A stretch of 64,000 nucleotides of DNA from Nitrospirota bacterium (GTDB taxonomy: Bacteria > Nitrospirota > UBA9217). Positions within the stretch are counted from its first letter, which is position 1, and the number at the start of each line of letters is the position of its first letter. The position numbers and the translations under genes are program-made. The notes under the pieces were generated by a model. It was not told where the DNA came from and did not search any database. It saw only the letters and a list, made by a program, of their open reading frames with translations. Positions 30,491 to 40,369 of this stretch are shown here, one piece after another. The stretch spans positions 128,001 to 192,000 of the forward strand of contig CAVWHO010000015.1 in assembly GCA_963754875.1 (NCBI GenBank), written 5' to 3'.

Positions 30491-32138
30491 CGAAATCAAG
30501 CACATAGCTGAAAGACTCTCCGTCCTTGGCGTATCGTGCGACGCAGCAGTGAACGACCTTTTCAACGATCTGCTTGCCGGACTTTTTAAAAAGGCAGTCA
30601 TCGTAGGTGACGCCGAAGAAGGCGGCAAAAAGCTGCGTAACGGCGATACGGACGTCCTTATCGTCGATGGTGCCCCCCCCACGCTTGACGGGCTGAAGTT
30701 GCTGAAGGAAATACGGCGGACGGATCAGAAACTATCGATCATCGTGATCGTTTCCCGTGAAGACGCCGGGGGCGTGTTCGACGCAATTTCCCACAGCGCG
30801 ACGCAGTTACTCGTAAAGCCTGTTCAGGTGGATAAACTCCTGAGCGCGTTGGATGCTGCCCTACAACGCAGCATGGGAGAACGTCAAAAACTGTTGGTAC
30901 ACGAGTTAACGCTTACGAGACAGCGGGAACGGCAGAGGCTCATTGAAGAAAAAATTTCTTTTTTTAAGGCATTGAGCACCATCAGAAATGATTTATATTA
31001 TAAAAAACTCGACGTTGTTGCAGCAGACGGGGAAAAATCGGAGTGGCTCATCAATATCCGCTATAAGCCGAAGGACGTGCTTTCCGGGGACTCCTATTCG
31101 ATCAGGACCGTGGATGAGGACCGGGTTTTCGTGTTCCTTATTGACGCCATGAGCAAAGGGCTTTCCGCATCATTTACCGCGCACCTGGTGACCGCTTTTG
31201 CGAACTATTTGATAGACAGGGAAAAGAACAATTTCAACTTCGGACTCTTTGTCCGCGAGTTTCAGCAATTCATCCGGCGAAACCTGCACGAGGAGGAGCC
31301 CTTGTCGGCCTCTCTTGCTCTTCTGGACCTGAAGAAGGGGATCATGGATTATGCGCTCTTTTCCATGCCCCCTCTCTATCTCCAGACAACCCATGATGAG
31401 GTGCTGAAACTCAATGGCTGCGCTATACCGATCATGAGGGATGCTCATGAAGTTGAACTCCGGCAGGCGGCGCTGCATCAATGCAAAAAAATACTGATCT
31501 GCAGCGATGGGTTGCTGGATCCCGACTATTATGAGCATCTTGAAGAGGATTTTGCCTCCTCATCGTTCAAGAACATGCTCTACAACCGGTTTGTCGACAG
31601 GGTGGGCGAAATACGGGATGATCTTACCATGGTTTTTCTCAGAAAGCTTGGAGGAGCAGTCCGCTGGGAGAAAACGTTCACGATACGCGCCCTCTTCGAT
31701 GAAGTAAACCGATCAATCCAGGATGTTGAAAAGCTGCTCACGACAATGGAGTATCGCTTCGAGTTTGTCATGGAATGCATAAATGCATATACCGAGATCA
31801 TCATGAACGCCTATGAGCACGGCAGCCTTCATATAGGGTCAACGCTGAAGAACAAGCTTGTCAGGGCGGGTGAATATGAAGACTACCTTCTCAAGAGGGA
31901 ACAGGAGGCGGGCGCAAAGATAACGATTACCCTGAAAGCGCTGGCGGACAACAAAAATGACATCGTGGTGGTAAAAGTCCGCGATGAGGGTGAGGGATTC
32001 GACACTGTCATCTTCAGGGAAACTATTCGCAATCCGGAATTTGTGGACGGGAGAGGGTTAAAAATGGCCCGCTCGCTCGTGGATGAATTATATTTTAATG
32101 ATGTCGGCAATGAAGCGATACTTATCAAGGTGGCCTAA
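30477..32138 (+). CDS. REC + SpoIIE/PP2C phosphatase + RsbW-like HATPase_c fusion (HsbR-like)
   Basis: REC with KP; SGDSYS, DAMSKGL.AS, SDGL, DDLT (PP2C); EIIMNAYEHG, D.GEGFD, GRGL (Ser kinase). Confidence 0.88.
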   Translation: MTGFDEIKHIAERLSVLGVSCDAAVNDLFNDLLAGLFKKAVIVGDAEEGGKKLRNGDTDVLIVDGAPPTLDGLKLLKEIRRTDQKLSIIVIVSREDAGGVFDAISHSATQLLVKPVQVDKLLSALDAALQRSMGERQKLLVHELTLTRQRERQRLIEEKISFFKALSTIRNDLYYKKLDVVAADGEKSEWLINIRYKPKDVLSGDSYSIRTVDEDRVFVFLIDAMSKGLSASFTAHLVTAFANYLIDREKNNFNFGLFVREFQQFIRRNLHEEEPLSASLALLDLKKGIMDYALFSMPPLYLQTTHDEVLKLNGCAIPIMRDAHEVELRQAALHQCKKILICSDGLLDPDYYEHLEEDFASSSFKNMLYNRFVDRVGEIRDDLTMVFLRKLGGAVRWEKTFTIRALFDEVNRSIQDVEKLLTTMEYRFEFVMECINAYTEIIMNAYEHGSLHIGSTLKNKLVRAGEYEDYLLKREQEAGAKITITLKALADNKNDIVVVKVRDEGEGFDTVIFRETIRNPEFVDGRGLKMARSLVDELYFNDVGNEAILIKVA

Positions 32139-32209
32139 GGAGGAGGTATGATGCACATTATTGAGGTCCGCACAGTTATGGGAGCAACATGCTCTAGGGA
32201 GGTGTCCAA

Positions 32210-32497
32210 ATGGACATAGCCTCGACGGGCCCATCCGAACTTACCATTCGGGGACAGATTCAAACGCTCGAAGATTATATGCGCATTAAAATAACCATTG
32301 TGGACCTGGGAGGCATTAACGCTATTACCATAAAAATTCCGGACTCACTGTTCATAACGTCTGCTGTCATAGGCTTTTTTCTGGTGCTCGTTCGTGAAAA
32401 AAAAGTGCGTCTTTCTCTGCTGGTGGGAAACGAGAAACTGCTCAAGCACCTTGATGTGCTGCAGCTGTTGTCTGTCCTGCAAGTGAAAAAGGTGTAG
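32210..32497 (+). CDS. STAS-like anti-sigma-factor antagonist
   Basis: 95 aa, FITSAVIG at the FxDSxGLG position; directly after the PP2C/kinase gene. Confidence 0.65.
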   Translation: MDIASTGPSELTIRGQIQTLEDYMRIKITIVDLGGINAITIKIPDSLFITSAVIGFFLVLVREKKVRLSLLVGNEKLLKHLDVLQLLSVLQVKKV

Positions 32498-32633
32498 CCA
32501 CGGGAGCCAACGACACGAGCGCCGGGGCGCTGCAAACCCCCAGATTCGCCGAGGTCATGACTTACTTAACTGAAAAGAGATTATTGATGGCATTCATGGA
32601 CCGGAACGACCGTCAGAGCGTCAGGAGGCTACT

Positions 32634-34874
32634 ATGGTGAGTCGAGAGAATACATCCGATGCCGACGCAGCTCGTAAACAAGAGCTCCGGGACATCCAGG
32701 CCCAGAACGCCGCAGATGCCAGACGCATTGCCGAACTGCGTGCTGAACTTAATGCGGTCAAAGCAGAGCATTTACAGGAAATGCTGGCGCGCACCCGGGT
32801 GGAAGATTCTCTCCGGGAGTCGGAAGCGCGGTACCGCACGATCTTTGAAACATCGGAAGCTGCAACGATCATCATCGAAGAAAACATGATCATCTCCCTC
32901 GTGAATGCACGTTTCGAGACATTGACCGGCTATACCAAGGACGAGGCCGAGGGGAAGCTTCCCTGGACCATCGGCATCCTTCCTGAAGACCTCGCGCGGA
33001 TGCAGACCTACCATGTCCAGCGCAGAAAGCAGACCGACGCGGCCCCGAGCCGGTACGAGTTCAGGATCAGGGACAAGGACGGCGCTGTCAAGGACATCTA
33101 TGCAAACGTGGCATTGATTCCCGGGACGCGGAAAAGCGTGGCGTCCCTGATGGACATAACGGACCTGAAAAAGACCGAACGGGAGCTGCGTAAATTGTCG
33201 CTTGCGGTCCAGGGCACCTCCGACTGGGTCCTCATTACTGATCGAAACGGCACCATTGAGTATGTGAATGATGCAGTTGTCGACCTCAGCGGTTACCGAA
33301 GAGAAGAGCTCATTGGACAGAACCCGCGAATTCTCAAATCAGGCAAAAACGATCCTGGGGTCTACAAGGAGATGTGGGCAACGATCCTTGACGGGCGGTC
33401 CTATCAAGCCATCCTGACCAACCGCAAAAAAGACGGCCAGCTTTTTGAGCTTTACCACACCATCACGCCACTCGAAGATGAAAATGGCGAGATCTCTCAC
33501 TTTGTTGCCACATCAAAAGACCTGACTCAGATGCGGCTCCTGGAGGAGCGGCTCAATTACGTTGCCAATTACGACAGCTGTACCAATCTGCCGAATAAAA
33601 CCCTGCTGCTCGACCGGATCAAGCTGGAGATCCCGCGCGGGGAATTCCGGAAGCGGCTTGTCGCCCTGCTGGCCGTGGAAATCGACCGCTTTACCTTCCT
33701 TAACGAAACATTCGGCACAGCTTGCGGAAACGGGGTCCTTGCCGAGGTCGGCCGCCGGCTCACGACTGTCGTGCGCGAGGGGGACACCGTGGCCCGACTG
33801 GGGGGAAATACCTTCGGGGTCCTGCTCGTGGACATGGCCCAATCTCAGGACGTCATCTTAGTTGTGAGCAAGGTGTTCAACGCGCTCAAGCCGGCCATCT
33901 CCGTCGATGGCACCGTTCTTACCGTGGCCGTGCACATAGGAATTTCGGTCGCACCCCAGGATACCCAGGATACCGACGCGCTTGTCACAAACGCGGAAAT
34001 TGCACTCTCCAAGTCTCAAGAGCAGGGTCTGAACACGTACCAGTTTTTCACTGCGGACATGAACCGGGCTGCGTCAACCTTTGCACAGCTCCAGAAAAGC
34101 CTTTTCCACGCTCTTGCGAATAACGAGCTCGCGCTTTACTACCAGCCCTATTTCGATGTCCATACCCGCAAAATCGCGGGAATGGAGGCCCTGCTCCGCT
34201 GGAACAGCCCCGAACACGGCTTCGTCTCTCCGTCGAGCTTTATCCCCTTGCTCGAGAAGACCCGGATGATCATTGACGTAGGGAAATGGATCGTGCAGGA
34301 GGCCTGTCGCCAGATCAGGGCCTGGCAGGACAAGGGCTATGCCACGGTGCCTGTCACCACGAACCTTTCCGTAATCCAGTTCAAACAAACAGACCTGGGT
34401 GAGTTTCTGGAACAAACAATAGGAGCTTCCGGCATAGACCCCCGGAATCTTGCCTTTGAGCTGACAGAAAGCTCGCTCATGCAGAACGAAGAAAAGGTAC
34501 AGGCGCTGCTTGCCCGACTCAAGGAGCTGGGATGTCCGATCAGCATCGATGACTTCGGCACCGGCTATTCGTCCCTGAGCTATCTCAAAAAACTTCCTGC
34601 AGACAACCTTAAGATCGACATCTCCTTTGTCCGGGACATCGCGAACAATCCGGACGACGGTGCGATCGTTTCCAGCATCATCTCCATGGCGCACAATCTA
34701 CGACTCAAGACCATCGCTGAAGGTGTTGAGACCGAGGACCAGCTCAAGATCCTTCACATCCTGCGCTGCGACATGGCCCAGGGATATTACTTCAGCAAAC
34801 CCGTGACAGCAGCAGTTGTTGAAGAACTGTTGGTTAAAAGGCATGATGCGCTGAGAATGGATGGGGCCCGCTAG
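32634..34874 (+). CDS. PAS-PAS-GGDEF(degenerate)-EAL protein, probable c-di-GMP phosphodiesterase
   Basis: GGNTF instead of GGDEF; intact EALLRW, ELTE, DDFGTGYSSL, KID, EGVE, QGY. Confidence 0.92.
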   Translation: MVSRENTSDADAARKQELRDIQAQNAADARRIAELRAELNAVKAEHLQEMLARTRVEDSLRESEARYRTIFETSEAATIIIEENMIISLVNARFETLTGYTKDEAEGKLPWTIGILPEDLARMQTYHVQRRKQTDAAPSRYEFRIRDKDGAVKDIYANVALIPGTRKSVASLMDITDLKKTERELRKLSLAVQGTSDWVLITDRNGTIEYVNDAVVDLSGYRREELIGQNPRILKSGKNDPGVYKEMWATILDGRSYQAILTNRKKDGQLFELYHTITPLEDENGEISHFVATSKDLTQMRLLEERLNYVANYDSCTNLPNKTLLLDRIKLEIPRGEFRKRLVALLAVEIDRFTFLNETFGTACGNGVLAEVGRRLTTVVREGDTVARLGGNTFGVLLVDMAQSQDVILVVSKVFNALKPAISVDGTVLTVAVHIGISVAPQDTQDTDALVTNAEIALSKSQEQGLNTYQFFTADMNRAASTFAQLQKSLFHALANNELALYYQPYFDVHTRKIAGMEALLRWNSPEHGFVSPSSFIPLLEKTRMIIDVGKWIVQEACRQIRAWQDKGYATVPVTTNLSVIQFKQTDLGEFLEQTIGASGIDPRNLAFELTESSLMQNEEKVQALLARLKELGCPISIDDFGTGYSSLSYLKKLPADNLKIDISFVRDIANNPDDGAIVSSIISMAHNLRLKTIAEGVETEDQLKILHILRCDMAQGYYFSKPVTAAVVEELLVKRHDALRMDGAR

Positions 34875-35041
34875 AGGGTACGTGTTTTCCTCCTGTTTGA
34901 AACCGAACGGCTACAGCCGGCCCATCTGTGATTTACCGATGAATTGTTACGTCACACCGCCCCGCCTGTTGACTATATAAAGATCACAGGCCAACATTTC
35001 TTGAGGATACTGGCGGCGGTTCTGGCATGCAGGGAGGGCTG

Positions 35042-35863
35042 ATGAGAGGCATTCTGCGCACGATGTTCTTGCTGTTGTGTCTTTTTGCAGTTCCTGTGCC
35101 CGCCCGGGCATCGGAAGCACTCATCGGGAGCGGGTGCTCCGTGAGCGTGCCGGGATATCTGTCCGACCTGGCCAAGGCCTATGAGAAGGAAACCGGCGTC
35201 GCGGTCCTGGTCCTGGGCGGCGGGAGCATCCGTGGCCTCGCGGACCTAAAGGACGGCAGGATGGATTTCGCCGCGTCCTGCCAGTCGAAGTCGGCGGACG
35301 ACCCCGCGGACTTTGACTACATCATCGCCTCCTGGGACGCCCTCGTGTTTATCGTTAACAAGGCAAACCCCGTGAATTCCATACGTCCCGGGCAGGTCAG
35401 GGACATCTATGAAGGCAGAATCAACAACTGGAAAGAGCTCGGCGGTCCCGACATGAACTTAATTTCCGTTATAACGACGACGAAAGGCTTCGGCGGCATC
35501 GGCGAAGCCCTGGCGAAATACATCCTGAACGGCAAGCGTCCGCTGAAGCAGAAGAATTCGACCATGCAGGCGTCTTCAACCACTATCTGGGAGCAGCTTG
35601 TCGAGGATATGCGGGAGGCCTTCGCCAGTTCCGGCTTCGGAAGTGCACGCAAGCGCAACATCAAGATGCTGAAGGTAGACGGCATTGCTCCGACCCGGGC
35701 GAACATCATATCCGGTAAATACCCGTACCGGAGGCCGCTGTACATCGTCATCAAGAAAAACGCCCGGCCGGAGGTCAGGCGGTTCGTCGATTTCGTCCTG
35801 AGCGCGAAAGGACAGAAGATCATATCCTCCATCGGTATGCCGTCGCTCGCTGATATCAAATGA
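35042..35863 (+). CDS. PstS-like (PBP type 2) periplasmic binding protein
   Basis: Signal peptide, GGGS..G, DALVFIVN..NPV, IY.G.I.NWKELGG, GKYP..RPLY. Confidence 0.85.
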   Translation: MRGILRTMFLLLCLFAVPVPARASEALIGSGCSVSVPGYLSDLAKAYEKETGVAVLVLGGGSIRGLADLKDGRMDFAASCQSKSADDPADFDYIIASWDALVFIVNKANPVNSIRPGQVRDIYEGRINNWKELGGPDMNLISVITTTKGFGGIGEALAKYILNGKRPLKQKNSTMQASSTTIWEQLVEDMREAFASSGFGSARKRNIKMLKVDGIAPTRANIISGKYPYRRPLYIVIKKNARPEVRRFVDFVLSAKGQKIISSIGMPSLADIK

Positions 35864-38118
35864 CATTCTCGCTGCGTACAAAGGTGACCTTCTTCATTAC
35901 GGTCGTGGTGCTGGTCGTCAGCACCGCCAGCACCGCCTTGTTCTTCATCGCACAGAAACGGAGCCTGGAACGGGAAGTCGTGGCCCGGGGGGGCGCCCTG
36001 TCCGAGGCCCTGGCGCGGTCCGTGAATGAGGGCCTCGCCGCGGAAGACCTCAACCTCATTAAGCAAGTCCAGAATATCGTCCATACCGACGATATCGTCC
36101 TTACCCAGGTGTTCTCGCCGGTCTGGCTCGGCATCGCCGCGGTCCCGGTCGAGCAGCTGAACGTTCCCCCCGGCCCCGCCGCGGTCGCATACTTCAAAAC
36201 GCATAAAGAGGAGCGGGATCATTTCACGGCCGATGACGGCATGTGGATCGATGTTTACAAGCCGGTTTTTCTCGATCCCCACGACCCGAGAATCGCGAGA
36301 AAAATATTCATCGGCTATGTCCGGCTCAGGATCTCGACGCAGCCGGTGATTGCGGCCGCCCGCAAGGCCGCATTTTACAACATCCTCGACGCTGCCATCC
36401 TCACCCTGGTTGCAGTCCTGTTTCTCCGTCTGATCCTCGGGAAATACGTCGTTTCGCCGCTCCTGGGTCTTCACCGGGCGGTGTTGCAGCACAAACTCGG
36501 TGAGACTCCCGAGAGGGTCCCGGTTTTTGCGGCCGATGAAATCGGGCAGCTTTCCCGGGAATTCAACCTGATGAGCGCCGCCGTCAAGGAACGCGAGGGC
36601 CGGCTTGCGGAGGAAAAAGAACGTCTGGCAGTGACCCTGCGCAGCATCGGAGATGCCGTGATCGTTACCGATGTGGAGGGAACAATCACCCTGCTGAACA
36701 AGGTGGCCGAGCAGCACACGGGTTGGACGGCGTCCGAAGCCGTGCATAAGCCACTCACAGAAGTTTTTCACATCGTCAATGAAAAGACAGGCGAACGCTG
36801 CGTGAACCCTGTTGAAAAAGTCATAGAGTCCGGCGCCATCTGGGAGCTGGCCAATCACACCGCCCTCATAAAAAAAGACGGGACGGAGATTGTCATTGAA
36901 GACAGCGCAGCACCGATCCGTGACCGGGAAAGCAGGACCATCGGTATTGTGCTCGTGTTCCGGGACGCGACGGAGAAGCGCAAGAGGGAAGAAGAACAGG
37001 TCAAAGTGGAAAAGCTCCAGTCCCTCGGCGTGCTTGCAGGCGGTCTCGCCCATGATTTCAACAATCTTCTCACCGCCGTGCTCGGCAATATCAGCATGGC
37101 GAAAATGTATGTCGACGGCCGCAGTAAGGCGTACGGGCGGCTGGTGGAGGCGGAATCGGCTTCCCGACGGGCAACGGAGCTGACCTACCAGCTGCTTACC
37201 TTCTCGAAGGGTGGAGCGCCCGTCAAGTCAACAACGTCGATCGTCAATATCATCCGGGAGGCAGTGAGTCTCTGCCTCCATGGCACCAATGTGGCGGCCC
37301 GATTCAACATCGCCGAACATGTCCGGCCCGTGAACGTCGATAACAGCCAGATGAGCCAGGTTTTTAATAACCTGATCATCAACTCCACGCATGCCATGCC
37401 GAATGGTGGCGTGATCACCGTTACCGTTGAAAATATCGTGCTCCAGGACAGGGCGATCGCCGCACTGCGAGCAGGAGTCTATGTGAAGATCACCATCCGC
37501 GACGAAGGGACGGGAATTCCCGACGAGCATCTCACGAAAATATTTGACCCCTATTTTACCACCAAGCAGCAGGGAAGCGGCCTCGGGCTTGCGTCCGTCT
37601 ACTCAATCATAAAAAAACATGACGGCCATATCACCGTTGCATCGAAACCCGGCCAGGGGGCGGCCTTCCATGTCTATTTACCGGCCTCGCAAAGCGTTTC
37701 GACGGTCCAACCTGCCGCACCGGCCTGCCCCGTTGTCGCTGGGCAGGGAAGAATTCTCATCATGGATGATGAACAGCTCGTCCGGGATGTTTCAGGAGAG
37801 ATGCTGAAGGAACTTGGCTATGGTGTTGACTTTGCACGGAACGGGGCGCAGGCAGTCGAGATGTACCAACAGGCGCAGGAAGCGAAGACGCCCTTTCATG
37901 TCGTGATCATGGACCTCACCATCCAGGGCGGCATGGGAGGCAAGGATGCGATCGTCCACCTGCTCGCATTCGATCCTGATGTGAAGGCAATTGTGGCGAG
38001 CGGTTATTCGAACGACCCCGTCATGGCAGAGTACAAAAAATTCGGGTTTAAAGCAGTCATTATCAAGCCCTACACCATTGACGTTTTCAGCAAGACGCTC
38101 CGCGAGGTGCTGCAGTAA
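35860..38118 (+). CDS. Hybrid sensor kinase (2TM-HAMP-PAS-HisKA-HATPase-REC)
   Basis: AHDFNNLL, FDPYFTTK, GSGLGL, C-terminal REC; ATGA overlap with the binding-protein gene. Confidence 0.94.
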   Translation: MTFSLRTKVTFFITVVVLVVSTASTALFFIAQKRSLEREVVARGGALSEALARSVNEGLAAEDLNLIKQVQNIVHTDDIVLTQVFSPVWLGIAAVPVEQLNVPPGPAAVAYFKTHKEERDHFTADDGMWIDVYKPVFLDPHDPRIARKIFIGYVRLRISTQPVIAAARKAAFYNILDAAILTLVAVLFLRLILGKYVVSPLLGLHRAVLQHKLGETPERVPVFAADEIGQLSREFNLMSAAVKEREGRLAEEKERLAVTLRSIGDAVIVTDVEGTITLLNKVAEQHTGWTASEAVHKPLTEVFHIVNEKTGERCVNPVEKVIESGAIWELANHTALIKKDGTEIVIEDSAAPIRDRESRTIGIVLVFRDATEKRKREEEQVKVEKLQSLGVLAGGLAHDFNNLLTAVLGNISMAKMYVDGRSKAYGRLVEAESASRRATELTYQLLTFSKGGAPVKSTTSIVNIIREAVSLCLHGTNVAARFNIAEHVRPVNVDNSQMSQVFNNLIINSTHAMPNGGVITVTVENIVLQDRAIAALRAGVYVKITIRDEGTGIPDEHLTKIFDPYFTTKQQGSGLGLASVYSIIKKHDGHITVASKPGQGAAFHVYLPASQSVSTVQPAAPACPVVAGQGRILIMDDEQLVRDVSGEMLKELGYGVDFARNGAQAVEMYQQAQEAKTPFHVVIMDLTIQGGMGGKDAIVHLLAFDPDVKAIVASGYSNDPVMAEYKKFGFKAVIIKPYTIDVFSKTLREVLQ

Positions 38119-38295
38119 GCCCGCCAACGCCTCCTTTGACGGCCATACCAGAACAGCGGGGACAACCCCCGATGTCCGTCCCTGTACCGAATCCTTACCG
38201 GGAAATTGTCATTGCTCATAACGTATGATAAATTCATCGCATCTGAGCGTATGCATGCGTCCGGCATTTCGCTGTTTCCTGCGGCACCTCATAAA

Positions 38296-38327
38296 AAAGG
38301 CCGCGGATCTTACAATCCGCGGCCTTT
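38296..38327. terminator. Rho-independent terminator (flgE end; probably bidirectional)
   Basis: AAAGGCCGCGGAT-loop-ATCCGCGGCCTTT between convergent genes. Confidence 0.8.
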
Positions 38328-38346
38328 CTCGGTATTGTCGCCCTCT

Positions 38347-39687
38347 CTACTGCTTAAGGTTCACGAGCTCCTGCATCAGCTGGTCCGTCGTAGTAATGAT
38401 CTTCGAGTTCGCTTCGAACCCGCGCTGCGACGCGATCATGCTCACAAACTGCGTTGCGAGATCCACGTTCGAGAGTTCGAGACTGCTCGAAAGCACCTTC
38501 CCGAGGCCCGAGGTATTTGCCGTGCCGACGACGGGCTGACCCGAATCGAACGACTCGGCGTAAAGATTTTTGCCCAATTTTGTCAGTTCCGTTGGCGCTA
38601 TGAACCGGGCAAGCGCCACCTGGCCGATTGCCCGCGTCTGGCCGTTCGTGAATACCCCGTCGATGACGCCGGCATCTGATACGTTCACACTCTGGAGGGA
38701 CCCCGAGGCATACCCATCCTGGTTCACGCTCATGACCGAGTTGCTGCTTGCATACTGCGTTGACAGGTCGAGGCCGGTTCCCGGCGGCGTTTCGCCGGTG
38801 CCCGTGCCGTAGTTAAAATTGACCGTTGACGCAGCTACTGCAGCGCCGAAGTTGAAGGTAACCGCCGTCCCGCTGTTGTCCGTGTTGAGGGAGCCGTCCG
38901 TATTAAATACGAGTTGCTGGACCGTGGCGGCGCCCGTCGGTACACTGCCCGCGCCGCCTGATGTCTGGCCCGGTTCTATGAGCTGGCTGGGTTGCGCCTG
39001 GTCCGCATAGGCGTAATGGACGTCCCACGTGTTCGCCGCAGTCTTCACAAAGTACATCGTTACGGGATGGGCGCCGCCCTGGGAATCATAGACCGTCGTG
39101 GTGTTCGAGAAATTGTAGTTTGCAGGATCGTTCGGCACGCCGTCCCCGTTGCCGTCAAGCGTGAATGCGCCTGCCGGCGCAGTCGCCGAAGCGTCAAGGT
39201 TGATTGCCGCGTTGACCCGGGTCGTGGCGTTCGCCGGGCTTTGGCTTGCCGCAAGCTGCAAGTTGCCGATCGTACCGGTTATGTTCCCTGCCGCGTCGGC
39301 AAGGTAGCCCTGTAAGACGTACCCGTCGGGATTCACGATGTTTCCGCTCTTGTCCAGCGAGAACTGGCCGGCCCGGGTATAGGAACGCAGGCCGCCGTTG
39401 TTCACCATGAACAGCCCGTCGCCGTCAATGGCCAGATCCAGGCCGTTTGACGTGGATTCAAACGAGCCCTGCGTGAAACTCGGCGATACACTCGTTACCT
39501 CGACCCCGCGGCCGACCTGCGAAGATCCGCTGGCGTCGGAGATGCTCTGGCTCAGCACGTCGCCGAAGGCAACCGTACTTCCTTTAAATCCGACGGTGTT
39601 CATGTTTGCGATATTGTCCCCGATCACGGAAAGCGAGGTACTGTTTGCGTCCATGCCGCTGACTGCCGTATACAATGCCGATAACAT
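38347..39687 (-). CDS. flgE: Flagellar hook protein FlgE
   Basis: NIANMNTVGFK, DLAIDGDG, YTRAGQF, LELSNVDL. Confidence 0.96.
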   Translation of the reverse strand: MLSALYTAVSGMDANSTSLSVIGDNIANMNTVGFKGSTVAFGDVLSQSISDASGSSQVGRGVEVTSVSPSFTQGSFESTSNGLDLAIDGDGLFMVNNGGLRSYTRAGQFSLDKSGNIVNPDGYVLQGYLADAAGNITGTIGNLQLAASQSPANATTRVNAAINLDASATAPAGAFTLDGNGDGVPNDPANYNFSNTTTVYDSQGGAHPVTMYFVKTAANTWDVHYAYADQAQPSQLIEPGQTSGGAGSVPTGAATVQQLVFNTDGSLNTDNSGTAVTFNFGAAVAASTVNFNYGTGTGETPPGTGLDLSTQYASSNSVMSVNQDGYASGSLQSVNVSDAGVIDGVFTNGQTRAIGQVALARFIAPTELTKLGKNLYAESFDSGQPVVGTANTSGLGKVLSSSLELSNVDLATQFVSMIASQRGFEANSKIITTTDQLMQELVNLKQ

Positions 39688-39688
39688 A

Positions 39689-40351
39689 TCAAGCTCCTCC
39701 TAATATTTCGTGAACGTCTCCGAGCTGAACCTGCGTCGAATTGTCCAGGGTCAGAGAGGTCACGTTATTGTTGAACGAAATCCCGGTCACCGTTCCGCTG
39801 GTCAAGGGCGTCGCGGTGATAGCCTGCCCCGATCCGTCCGCGGCATTAACGGCAAAGGTATACTTGCCCGCCGGAAGCGTATTGCCGTTCTGGTCCCTGC
39901 CGTCCCACGTATAACTGTTATTGCCCGCCGCCTCTTGGCCGAGCACTGCCGTCTTCACCAGGGCGCCGGTTGCGTCATAGACCGATACTGAGACCGCGGC
40001 AGCATCGCTCGGGAGCGTATAGGACATGACGGCTTGCCCGTTGAGCGTGGCCGTGTTTCCCGTAACGACGACCTTTTTCCCGATGAGGTCCGAGGCCATC
40101 GTATTCTGCAGCGAAGTCTGGGACGCAGCCATGTTCGTGAGCTGGGTATTAATGTTCGTCAGTTGTTCGACGGAACTGAACTGGGCAAGCTGTGCGGCAA
40201 AATTCGCGCTGTCCATGGGGTTCAGCGGGTCCTGGGCCTGCATCTGTGCGGTCAGAAGCTTCAAAAAATCATTCTCACCCAGGGTCTGGGTCGGCCCTGC
40301 GGTTGCCGCACTTGCTGTTTGGGTGGCGCTCGTGGCGCTTGTTATGTCCAT
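39689..40351 (-). CDS. flgD: Hook capping protein FlgD
   Basis: FLKLLTAQMQAQDPLNP, QLAQFSSVEQ, WDGRD..G. Confidence 0.96.
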   Translation of the reverse strand: MDITSATSATQTASAATAGPTQTLGENDFLKLLTAQMQAQDPLNPMDSANFAAQLAQFSSVEQLTNINTQLTNMAASQTSLQNTMASDLIGKKVVVTGNTATLNGQAVMSYTLPSDAAAVSVSVYDATGALVKTAVLGQEAAGNNSYTWDGRDQNGNTLPAGKYTFAVNAADGSGQAITATPLTSGTVTGISFNNNVTSLTLDNSTQVQLGDVHEILGGA

Positions 40352-40369
40352 ATCCCCTCCTTGTACGAT

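Noticed and set aside
32148..32219. 23-aa ORF (MMHIIEVRTVMGATCSREVSKWT) behind a strong AGGAGG RBS
   Set aside because: Too short and featureless to support; may be a remnant or a translational-coupling artefact.
32634..34874. Active diguanylate cyclase
   Set aside because: The signature reads GGNTF; only the EAL domain looks catalytically intact.
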